Source: an uncultured Woeseiaceae bacterium
GTDB lineage: Bacteria; Pseudomonadota; Gammaproteobacteria; Steroidobacterales; Woeseiaceae
Length of the DNA stretch: 64,000 bases
NCBI GenBank assembly: GCA_964565135.1
Contig: CAZMEA010000002.1
Coordinates: 9,824 to 73,823, forward strand
Direction: 5' to 3'
Shown piece by piece: positions 37,748 through 46,020 of this stretch; position 1 is the first letter of the stretch, and each line of letters begins with the position of its first letter. A program made the translations under genes and the position numbers. The notes beneath the pieces were generated by a model. It was given only the letters and a program-made list of their open reading frames with translations, did not search any database and had not been told where the DNA came from.

Positions 37748-39979
37748 GTGACGGCGATACGACGGCAGAAGACGGTGCCCGCAGACATTCATTATCTGGA
37801 TACGTCGAATAGCCTGAGCGCCGTGCGCGGTTTGCTGCGTTCGCTCGTGCCACGGGCAACCTGCTTTTGTCTTTACGACGGCGCAAGTCAGTGTGTGTGG
37901 AGCAGTGACGGCGCTGACGATCACGAGCTTGATTCGTTCGTCGCCGAGTTGCCGAACGACCTCGTGCACGGTGGCGACAAGGAGCCGATCCGCAGAACCT
38001 TGTCGTCCGGAAGAACCGCCCTGGTTCTGCCGGTTACCGACGATCGTCGACAACCGCTGGGCGCCTTCGTCACGGTCTTTTCCAAGAACGCCGGGAAGTC
38101 TTCCTGGTTCAACCCGAGTTTGTTGCAGAAGATCCTGCTGCCCGCCGTCGAGGTCATGTCGCAACTCCTGACCCTGGGGCGCAGGCTGGACGGCGCTGAG
38201 CGGAGTATCACGGCGGTCGATGATGAACTGAAGCTTGTCTACAGCATCGACAAGAAGGTACACAATGCGACGCGCCGACACGCCGGCCTCGCAGAGTTGA
38301 TCGGTCAGAGCGGACGCTTTCTGGGTATCGCCTATAGCGTCCTGTTGCTACCCGCCAAACGTATTCGCATCAGTGCAACTCACTCGACGTGGCAGTCCGT
38401 GAACCGACGGGCTGTCGATCGCTACATCGTCGAGGCCCTCATGCCGCAGATGGAAACAGCGGGCGGTCCGATGGTCTTTGACATCTCCGAGGTGGAAAGC
38501 GCCGACGCTGCGTTCAACGATGGCTGCCAGGCCATGCTGAGCCCTCTTCGTGACGCCAAGGGAAACCTCGAAGGCGTCGTCGCGCAAATCGGCAGAGTGT
38601 GTGGCAAGTCTTTCGACGACGGTCACAAGCGTTTCATGGCGCACATCGTTCGTAAGGTCGAGTACGTCATCGAACAGTCGTTCGATCCGATGACCGGGCT
38701 GATGAATCGCGGCGGCTTCGAGGCGCAGCTCAAGGAATCCGGGCTGAACCTCAAGGCGGATGGCGATGCGCACCAGATCATCTACTTTGATCTGGACAAC
38801 CTTCAGCTCGTCAACGATACCTTCGGGCGCGAAGCCGGCGATCAGGTGCTGATGCGCTTTGCCCATATCCTGGAAACCGTCCTGCCGAAAAATGCCGTCG
38901 CAACCAGACTGACCGGCGACGATTTCGCGATCCTCGTGACCCACTCGAGCCTGGAAGATGCACTGGCCGTCGCCAACGGCGTTCGTGGCCAAAGCGATCG
39001 GCTGCGTTATCTGCAGGGCAGTCGTTCGCTGCAGGTCACCGTGAGTATCGGCATATCGGCGTTCGATCTGCGATCGTCGGAAGGCGAAGCGCTAACCGCT
39101 GCGAGAATTGCCTGCGAAAAGGCCAAGGACCACGGCCGCGATCGCATTGAGATTCACGATCAGGACGATCAGAGTATCATCCGTCGGTATGACGACATGC
39201 AGCTGATTGCCCGAATCCAAAAGGCGCTCGACAACGATCAGTTTTTGCTGCTCGCGCAGCCCATCGTGCCGGCAACGGCCCCGTCCAGTGTGAATCGTTA
39301 CGAGATTCTGCTGCGAATGCAGGATGGCAACGGCGACGCGATATCGTCGACGGCACTCGTGTCCGCGGCCGAACGATACCACCTGATGCCCCACATCGAT
39401 CGTTGGGTCGTATCGGCAACGCTGCGAGCCATTCGAGATCGTGCCGATGAACTCTCGGAAAACGGCAGCAGTTTCGCCGTGAATCTGTCGGGTCAGTCGC
39501 TCGGCGACGACGACATGCTGGAGTTCATCGAGGACGAAATCGAATCATCAGGCGTTCCGCCCAACTTGCTGACCTTCGAGATTACCGAATCGGCCGCGGT
39601 TTCCAACATCGGCAAAGCGCAGACGTTGATCGCGAGTTTGCGTCAGCGGGGCTGTCGCTTCGCGCTCGATGACTTCGGTGCCGGCCTGAGTTCCTTTGCC
39701 TATCTGAAGAGCCTTACCGTCGATACGCTCAAGATCGATGGGAGCTTCATCCGCGGGATTGTCGATGATCGAATCGCCGAATCCATGGTTGCGGCGATCA
39801 CACAGGTCGCCAAGGTGATGGAGCTCGAGACGGTTGCAGAGTTCGTTGAGGACGAGAAGGCAATTCCTCTGCTCGAGGGGATGGGTGTTACCTTCCTGCA
39901 GGGACACGCCGTCGGCAAGCCGCAGCCGCTCCTCGACACGCTCGAAGCTAAGACGGGCGACGTACCGAAGTCTGCCTGA
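37748..39979 (+). CDS. GGDEF-EAL c-di-GMP protein with a roughly 290-aa uncharacterised N-terminal region
   Basis: GGDEF domain (GLMNRGGFE...RLTGDDFAIL). EAL domain (YEILLRM, FAVNLS, FEITES, DDFGAGLSSFAYLK, LKIDGSFI, QGHAVGKP). GTG start, uncertain. Confidence 0.9.
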   Translation: MTAIRRQKTVPADIHYLDTSNSLSAVRGLLRSLVPRATCFCLYDGASQCVWSSDGADDHELDSFVAELPNDLVHGGDKEPIRRTLSSGRTALVLPVTDDRRQPLGAFVTVFSKNAGKSSWFNPSLLQKILLPAVEVMSQLLTLGRRLDGAERSITAVDDELKLVYSIDKKVHNATRRHAGLAELIGQSGRFLGIAYSVLLLPAKRIRISATHSTWQSVNRRAVDRYIVEALMPQMETAGGPMVFDISEVESADAAFNDGCQAMLSPLRDAKGNLEGVVAQIGRVCGKSFDDGHKRFMAHIVRKVEYVIEQSFDPMTGLMNRGGFEAQLKESGLNLKADGDAHQIIYFDLDNLQLVNDTFGREAGDQVLMRFAHILETVLPKNAVATRLTGDDFAILVTHSSLEDALAVANGVRGQSDRLRYLQGSRSLQVTVSIGISAFDLRSSEGEALTAARIACEKAKDHGRDRIEIHDQDDQSIIRRYDDMQLIARIQKALDNDQFLLLAQPIVPATAPSSVNRYEILLRMQDGNGDAISSTALVSAAERYHLMPHIDRWVVSATLRAIRDRADELSENGSSFAVNLSGQSLGDDDMLEFIEDEIESSGVPPNLLTFEITESAAVSNIGKAQTLIASLRQRGCRFALDDFGAGLSSFAYLKSLTVDTLKIDGSFIRGIVDDRIAESMVAAITQVAKVMELETVAEFVEDEKAIPLLEGMGVTFLQGHAVGKPQPLLDTLEAKTGDVPKSA

Positions 39980-39999
39980 CAGCAATAACCGCTCAGCAC

Positions 40000-40479
40000 T
40001 CAAAACAGTCCAGCTTCCAGTCCGGCAGCGATCGTGGCGCCGAGCTCCTCGCATTCGATAAGTCGACTCTCATCCACGTCACCAACGAACAGCACCGGTT
40101 CCTGAACTTCGCGTAACGCAAGGCCCGACAATATCCGTCGGACACTGGTTATCGCTCCGGTGCCGTCGTTGCCGGCGCGAACGAACAGCGCGAACGGCAT
40201 TCCCTCGATTCGATTTTCGCAGGGGTAGTAGATACGGTCGAGGAAGTACTTGAGCGCGCCGCTCATGTAGCCGAAATTCTCGGGCGTCCCAAGGATCATC
40301 CCGTCGGCCCACAGGACATCGTCGGCGTCAGCATCCAGGGGCGATAGCGATCGCACCGCGACATTCTCAATCAGTTCAGACGTTGCTCCGCGGAGAACCG
40401 CATTTGTCATGCGTTCGGTCGAACCGCTTTGCGAGTGAGCGACGATCAGTAGATGTCGTTGCTTGTTCAAGCCACACAT
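40000..40479 (-). CDS. Flavodoxin-like fold FMN reductase/NAD(P)H-dependent oxidoreductase family protein
   Basis: LLIVAHSQSGSTERM...ADGMILGTPENFGYMSGALKYFLDRIY. Start moved to the ATG at 40479. Confidence 0.7.
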   Translation of the reverse strand: MCGLNKQRHLLIVAHSQSGSTERMTNAVLRGATSELIENVAVRSLSPLDADADDVLWADGMILGTPENFGYMSGALKYFLDRIYYPCENRIEGMPFALFVRAGNDGTGAITSVRRILSGLALREVQEPVLFVGDVDESRLIECEELGATIAAGLEAGLF

Positions 40480-40577
40480 ACCGCCAGAATCGAGGATCAC
40501 CGGAATGGTACTCTTTGCCGCATGAGGTCTGCAGCACGAAAGCAGACATCTTCGATTCACTGTGATCACAGGCACCA

Positions 40578-43484
40578 ATGAGCAGTCAGCACCAGAACGA
40601 AGAAGCGCCGGCCGGACAGGAACTGCCGGAAGCGTTGAGAGCTGAGGTTGCTGATTGGCGGCAAGCTCTTACGGATCTCTACGGTAATTCGGCACTCGAC
40701 GACGTTCCGCTCGACGGCGTTAGTCGGCTCGTCGCAGCCAGTCCCTTCGCTGCCGATGTGATGCGCCGATACTGGCCAACCTTGCGCGCGGAGTTGGGCA
40801 AGCCGTATTCGCCCGAGGCGGTTGCAGCCGCCCTGCGCAACGATATGGCCCCCGAGTCGCAACGCGCCGCGGTGCTTCGATCTCTGCGCGCGCAGCGCAA
40901 CTGTTCGCTGGTGCGCATCCTTTGGCAGGACTATGTCGAGCAGGTGGCGGTCGACACCACTCTTGGAGCGCTGTCGTCACTGGCCGAGGTTTGTCTCGAC
41001 GGCGCGTGTGCCTACAGTCGTGACAATCTGGCACGCCGCTTTGGCGAACCGCTTGTCGATGGTTCCCCACAGCCATTGATCGTACTGGCGATGGGAAAGC
41101 TCGGCGGGCGGGAGCTGAATTTTTCCTCGGACATCGACCTTGTATTTCTGTATCCGGTGGAAGGCGAAACCAGTGGCCCGAAACAAACGTCAGCGCACGA
41201 ATTCTTCGCCAGGCTCGCTCGACAAGCCGTCGCGTTGCTTGAGGAGGCCACCAGCGAGGGCTTTGTCTATCGAGTCGATACCCGCTTGCGACCGTTCGGA
41301 AACAGCGGGCCGCCGGTGGTTAGCTTTGCCGCTCTCGAAAACTATCTGGTTGAACACGGTCGAGGGTGGGAACGCTATGCCTACGTGAAGGCCCGGCCAG
41401 TGACGGAGACCGCCACCGAGCCAGCCGCCGATCGTTTAATTGCCGAGATCGTGACGCCGTTCGTCTACCGGCGCTATCTCGACTATGGCGTTTTCGAGTC
41501 CCTTCGGGAAATGCAGGCCATGATCGCCAGGGAGGTCGCCAAGCGTCGGCTGGCGGACAACGTGAAACTCGGTCCCGGCGGAATTCGGGAAATAGAATTC
41601 ATTGTGCAATCCCTGCAGCTCGTCCGAGGCGGCACAATGCCGGCACTGCGCACACAGTGCCTGAGGTCGGCCGTCAGGGCGGCGACAGACGATCGCGATC
41701 TCGATGCCAAGACCGCGCAGGCATTGCTGGATGCGTACGATTTACTTCGACGCGTCGAAAATGCGATTCAGGCAAGCCGGGATCAACAGTCGCATTCATT
41801 GCCAACCACTGATCTGGAACGTTTGCGTCTGGCCTATGCACTGCGCTTCGCCGACTGGCCATCCCTGGAAGCGGAGCTTCGCCGCACGCGCGAGTGGGTC
41901 AGCGAGCAGTTTCGGGAGCTGGGCGCCCGGGAACAGGTCGATGGATCCGCTATCGCGACATCCGGATCGACCGTCCCGTCGCTGTGGGCTGCTGCAGTAA
42001 CTGAAGATGAATGGTTGCCCTGCCTGGCAAGCCTCGGTATCGATGATGTTGACCAACGCGCGATCGCGAGTGTACTTGTCGGCCTGTCAACCTCGCCCGC
42101 TGTCGCACGTATTGAATCCACCGCAGCAGATCGGCTACAACGCTTCATCGAGGGACTGCTTAGCGCCTTGCCGGCCTGTAGCCGTCCCGCCGTTGCCGCG
42201 CGACGTGTCGCAAGAATCGCGGAAAGCGTCCTGCGTCGTAGCGCCTACCTCGCGCTCCTGAACGAAAATCCTGCGGTGCTGCGGCGCCTGGTTGATCTGT
42301 GTGCCAGCAGCGCGTTTCTCGCCCGGGAGATCGCAGGCCACCCGGTGCTTCTCGACGAACTGATCGACGCCAGAGTTTTTGAAGCCGCACTCACCAGCGA
42401 GGAATTGCGGGCCGACCTCGAGGCGCGTCTCGGGCGGACGGACCCGGATGATGCCGAAGTTGTCATCGAAGCGCTGGCGAAGTTCAAACGCGTTTCCATG
42501 TTCCGACTCGCTGTCGCCGACTTCAGCGGCACGATACCGCTCATGAAGGTCAGCGATCGCTTGACGGAGCTCGCGGAACTCATCCTCACACGTATTCTGG
42601 ATATGGCTCGCGCCGATGTCATCCGCCAGTTCGGCACACCGACGTACCGGGTCGATGGCGAGCTGTACGAGGCTGATATCGGCATCATCGCGTACGGCAA
42701 GCTCGCTGGTTACGAGCTTGCTTACGCGTCCGATCTCGATCTGGTCTTTCTGCACGACTCGCATGGCGACCAGCAGGAAACCGACGGTTCGCGCGCGATC
42801 GACAACCAGGTTTTCTTCAGTCGGCTGGCACGTCGGTTGCTGCATTATCTGACGGCGCAGACGGGTTCGGGTGCGCTCTACGAGATTGATACGAGACTGC
42901 GACCAAGCGGCAAAGCGGGGCTCCTCGTGACCAGTATCGATGCGTTCAGGCGCTATCAGCAGGACGACGCGTGGACCTGGGAGCACCAGGCCCTGTTACG
43001 CAGTCGTCCCGTGGCCGGTAGTGCCAACGTCGCGGCGAGGTTCGTCGAGATTCGGCAATCCGTCCTGCGTGACCCGAACGGTATCGAATCGTTGCGCGAG
43101 GACGTTCTCGACATGCGTTCGAAGATGCGCAAGCAACTGGACCGCAGCGATGCGGATCACTTCGACCTAAAGCAGGGCGAGGGCGGCATCGGCGACATCG
43201 AGTTCCTGGTCCAATACCTGGTGCTGAAGCACGCGCCTGACCGGGCCGAGGTCATCGAGTACACGGACAATATTCGTCAGCTGGACGCGCTTCTCACCAT
43301 CGGTCATTTTGACGATGCGGAAGTGCAGCGACTGCAGGACATTTACCGGGCCTATCGCGGCATGGCGCATCGCTTGTCACTCGACGACCAGCCGGCGCTC
43401 GCAGCGAGCGACGCCTTCCTGGATGAACGCAACTATGTCACCCGGGTTTGGCACAAAGTCTTTCTGACGGACACTGACGGATAG
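40578..43484 (+). CDS. glnE: Glutamine synthetase adenylyltransferase/adenylyl-removing enzyme
   Basis: 968 aa with duplicated nucleotidyltransferase modules (GKLGGRELNFSSDIDLVFLY and YGKLAGYELAYASDLDLVFLH). Confidence 0.95.
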   Translation: MSSQHQNEEAPAGQELPEALRAEVADWRQALTDLYGNSALDDVPLDGVSRLVAASPFAADVMRRYWPTLRAELGKPYSPEAVAAALRNDMAPESQRAAVLRSLRAQRNCSLVRILWQDYVEQVAVDTTLGALSSLAEVCLDGACAYSRDNLARRFGEPLVDGSPQPLIVLAMGKLGGRELNFSSDIDLVFLYPVEGETSGPKQTSAHEFFARLARQAVALLEEATSEGFVYRVDTRLRPFGNSGPPVVSFAALENYLVEHGRGWERYAYVKARPVTETATEPAADRLIAEIVTPFVYRRYLDYGVFESLREMQAMIAREVAKRRLADNVKLGPGGIREIEFIVQSLQLVRGGTMPALRTQCLRSAVRAATDDRDLDAKTAQALLDAYDLLRRVENAIQASRDQQSHSLPTTDLERLRLAYALRFADWPSLEAELRRTREWVSEQFRELGAREQVDGSAIATSGSTVPSLWAAAVTEDEWLPCLASLGIDDVDQRAIASVLVGLSTSPAVARIESTAADRLQRFIEGLLSALPACSRPAVAARRVARIAESVLRRSAYLALLNENPAVLRRLVDLCASSAFLAREIAGHPVLLDELIDARVFEAALTSEELRADLEARLGRTDPDDAEVVIEALAKFKRVSMFRLAVADFSGTIPLMKVSDRLTELAELILTRILDMARADVIRQFGTPTYRVDGELYEADIGIIAYGKLAGYELAYASDLDLVFLHDSHGDQQETDGSRAIDNQVFFSRLARRLLHYLTAQTGSGALYEIDTRLRPSGKAGLLVTSIDAFRRYQQDDAWTWEHQALLRSRPVAGSANVAARFVEIRQSVLRDPNGIESLREDVLDMRSKMRKQLDRSDADHFDLKQGEGGIGDIEFLVQYLVLKHAPDRAEVIEYTDNIRQLDALLTIGHFDDAEVQRLQDIYRAYRGMAHRLSLDDQPALAASDAFLDERNYVTRVWHKVFLTDTDG

Positions 43485-43551
43485 CGGTTACCTGCCGATA
43501 GCGCATTGTTATAATCGCCGCGCGCCAAAAGACCACAAGAGATTCACCACT

Positions 43552-43770
43552 GTGAGAGCACGCTCCGGAACGGTTGACGAGGAACTGATCCCCGCCAACG
43601 CCCAACATCGATACACGGTTCGGCCGAAGGACCTCCCGTTGTCGTGTCCGATGCCCGGCATGTACCTGTGGAATTCGCACCCCAAGGTGTATTTGCCGAT
43701 CCACGAGACCGGTGAAGCGAAATGCCCGTACTGCGGCGCCGCCTACGAACTGGTGACGACCGACGAGTGA
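43552..43770 (+). CDS. zf-CHCC zinc-finger small protein
   Basis: LSCPMPGMYLWNSHPKVYLPIHETGEAKCPYCGAAYEL. GTG start. Confidence 0.7.
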   Translation: MRARSGTVDEELIPANAQHRYTVRPKDLPLSCPMPGMYLWNSHPKVYLPIHETGEAKCPYCGAAYELVTTDE

Positions 43771-43822
43771 ATCGGTGGCGGGCGATAATGCTCTCTAAAT
43801 GGTACTTAAAAGTGATTAAATG

Positions 43823-43860
43823 TCGTCAAGTGGCCCTTTCTTGACGATTTCTGCGCTTTT
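43823..43860 (+). terminator. Intrinsic terminator after the zf-CHCC gene
   Basis: TCGTCAAG-N9-CTTGACGA followed by TTTCTGCGCTTTT. Confidence 0.5.
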
Positions 43861-44157
43861 GACCATTTTCTGAAGAGGCAGCTCTCAGGTTTGCAGGCTA
43901 CAGAAATTCCGTCGAACGGTCCCGGAAATGTTTTCAAAGTCGGCGAAAATTCTCAAAATTTCACTTATCGGGTGTGAACCGGGTTCCGCCAGGTCGTTTT
44001 CCGCGACCAAGCGTCTTTCTGTGAGCCCTTTTCGACGGGTTTTCAAGCAGAATCGACGGAGAAGTTGTCACCGAAAATCCTTGCTGTGCACCGAAAAGTA
44101 TCGATTGTCGGCAAAAAGACCAAAGTTCGATCTTTCACTTCAAGCGCTGGCGAAGCC

Positions 44158-44922
44158 GTGATCGAGGGGCTGCCGGAGGGACCGCGTCCCGTGCACGAAA
44201 CCGTCGAGCGTACGGGTGACGGCGCCATCATCTACGACGAGAAGCTGGTGCCGCATGCTGCTGAAGCGCACTTTTCAGCGCGAGGCTGGAAGAGCGTCAA
44301 ACCCGTCGAAAATGTCCTCCGCTCCGGAGGCCGTGGTAACACGCTGATTCTGGGGGACGGCGAGAACGAATTCGTGCTGCGGCATTTTCGCCGGGGTGGA
44401 CTGATTGGTCGCTTTGTCCGCGACTCCTACGTCTGGCTGGGCGAGGATAAGACTCGATCGTTTGCCGAGTGGCGGATTCTGCAGAAGATGATCGGGATGG
44501 GATTGCCGGTTCCCAGACCGGCGATCGCACGTTACCGACGCAGCGGCCCGACCTACACCGCCGATATCATCACGGTCCGCGTGCCCGACATTCGATCCCT
44601 ATCGGCGCGACTCGCCGACGGTGAAGGGGACGAAGCGCTATGGCAACGGATCGGTGCGGGAGTCGCGCGCTTTCACGAGCACGGTATCAATCACGTTGAT
44701 CTGAATGCCCACAACGTGCAGATCGATAGCAAGGGCAGCATCTGGCTGCTTGATTTCGACAATGCCAGCATTCAGCCCCCCGGTGCCTGGCAACAAAAAA
44801 ACCTCGCGAGGCTGCATCGCTCGCTGCGAAAGATCCGGCAGCAGGATCCACAGATCAACTACACCGAGCAATGCTGGAACGCACTGCTCGCCGGCTACTT
44901 CCAGTCGTCGAGGTCCGCGTAA
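44158..44922 (+). CDS. kdkA: 3-deoxy-D-manno-octulosonic acid (Kdo) kinase
   Basis: LRHFRRGGLIGRFVRDSYVWLGEDKTRSFAEWRILQKMIGMGLPVPRPAIARY...YTADIITVRVPD...HVDLNAHNVQID. The ORF-track TTG start at 44065 adds a K/R-rich extension, so I prefer the GTG at 44158. The start is uncertain. Confidence 0.8.
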   Translation: MIEGLPEGPRPVHETVERTGDGAIIYDEKLVPHAAEAHFSARGWKSVKPVENVLRSGGRGNTLILGDGENEFVLRHFRRGGLIGRFVRDSYVWLGEDKTRSFAEWRILQKMIGMGLPVPRPAIARYRRSGPTYTADIITVRVPDIRSLSARLADGEGDEALWQRIGAGVARFHEHGINHVDLNAHNVQIDSKGSIWLLDFDNASIQPPGAWQQKNLARLHRSLRKIRQQDPQINYTEQCWNALLAGYFQSSRSA

Positions 44923-45836
44923 TAGTCCGGCATTGGTTCCGGCAGGTTCTTGAACTTGCGATGCACCCAGTAGTACTGATCCGGACATAGCCGAATCGCT
45001 TCGGCGAGAATCTCGTTGTAGCGCTCGGTATCCCTGACCGGGTCGTCGCTCGGAAAGTCCTCGAGTGGTGGGTGGATCGAAATAACGTAGCCACCTTCAG
45101 GCAGGCGACGTGGAAAGTACGGCAGAACGACAGCTTTGCCGAGCCGAGCCAGGGTACTGGTGGCGGTATTGCACATTGCCGGGACGTCAAAGAACGGCAC
45201 AACGGCGCCAAGCTTGCCGCGGAAGCTCTGGTCGGGTGCGTACCAGACCGGCGTGCCTTCGCGCAGACTTCGGACCATCCGCTTGATGTCGTTCTTTTCG
45301 ATCGTCGACCGTCCGGATCGCTCGCGCGTCGATCGCAGGAACTCCGTCATAAAGTCACTGCGAAACGCACGATAGACGAGGTCGAACGGCGGACTGTGCA
45401 TGCGCAGGACGCGGCCGCTGATCTCCAACGTTGTGAAATGAGCGCTCAGGAAAATGATGCCCCGTCCGCTCGCGGCGGCAGCTTCGACATGTTCAACGCC
45501 TTCGATCTTTGCCATCGACGCGTGCCAGTCGTCGGACGCCCAGCGTGCCAGGGCGAGTTCCATCAATGACGCGCCGAGCGATTCGAAGTGTTCCAGCGCC
45601 ACTCGATTTCGCGTTGCTTCGTCGAACTCCGGAAACGCCAGCGCCAGATTGCGCCTTACGATCGCTCTGCGTTCGGGCGCAATTCTGTGTCCGAGGCGAC
45701 CCACGGCCTTGCCGATGCCGATCTGCAGGCGATAGGGGAGCAAACAGCTGACGCGCAGCAGGAATATGCCGAACCATGCCGGCCAGTGATTTGGCGTCCA
45801 GTACCTGAAAAGGTGTTTGCGAGTCTTCTTGGCCAC
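44895..45836 (-). CDS. lpxL: Lipid A biosynthesis late (lauroyl/myristoyl) acyltransferase
   Basis: LpxL/HtrB-like N-terminus (FRYWTPNHWPAWFGIFLLRV...) and an HX4E active-site motif (SAHFTTLE). 313 aa. Confidence 0.85.
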   Translation of the reverse strand: MAKKTRKHLFRYWTPNHWPAWFGIFLLRVSCLLPYRLQIGIGKAVGRLGHRIAPERRAIVRRNLALAFPEFDEATRNRVALEHFESLGASLMELALARWASDDWHASMAKIEGVEHVEAAAASGRGIIFLSAHFTTLEISGRVLRMHSPPFDLVYRAFRSDFMTEFLRSTRERSGRSTIEKNDIKRMVRSLREGTPVWYAPDQSFRGKLGAVVPFFDVPAMCNTATSTLARLGKAVVLPYFPRRLPEGGYVISIHPPLEDFPSDDPVRDTERYNEILAEAIRLCPDQYYWVHRKFKNLPEPMPDYYADLDDWK

Positions 45837-46020
45837 AGGACCTCAGGCCGTCGAGACCGGTCATAGAACAAGCCGCAAAGTGTATCCATTCGCGGCCGGC
45901 AACGGTAATCCGGACACCGTATCGAGGCAACGTCATATTCCCCTTGGGCGCTTGTGCGGCCTCGACAGATTTGTGACCATTTTGAATCTTTATTCTTTTG
46001 TCCTCCGCGACCTGACCCGC

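Noticed and set aside
42135-42986. 283-aa minus-strand ORF inside glnE. Similar long antisense ORFs occur at 3343..4128, 23623..24432, 33737..34624, 38348..38992, 46240..47202, 48896..49675, 52695..53330 and 60445..61107.
   Set aside because: Each lies opposite a gene with strong family motifs, and each shows the R/A/G/P/D-biased composition expected from antisense frames in high-GC DNA.
43928-44161. 77-aa ORF in the AT-rich block upstream of kdkA
   Set aside because: K/R/S-rich, with no Shine-Dalgarno. It overlaps the equally dubious TTG extension of kdkA, and its codon usage is unlike neighbouring genes.
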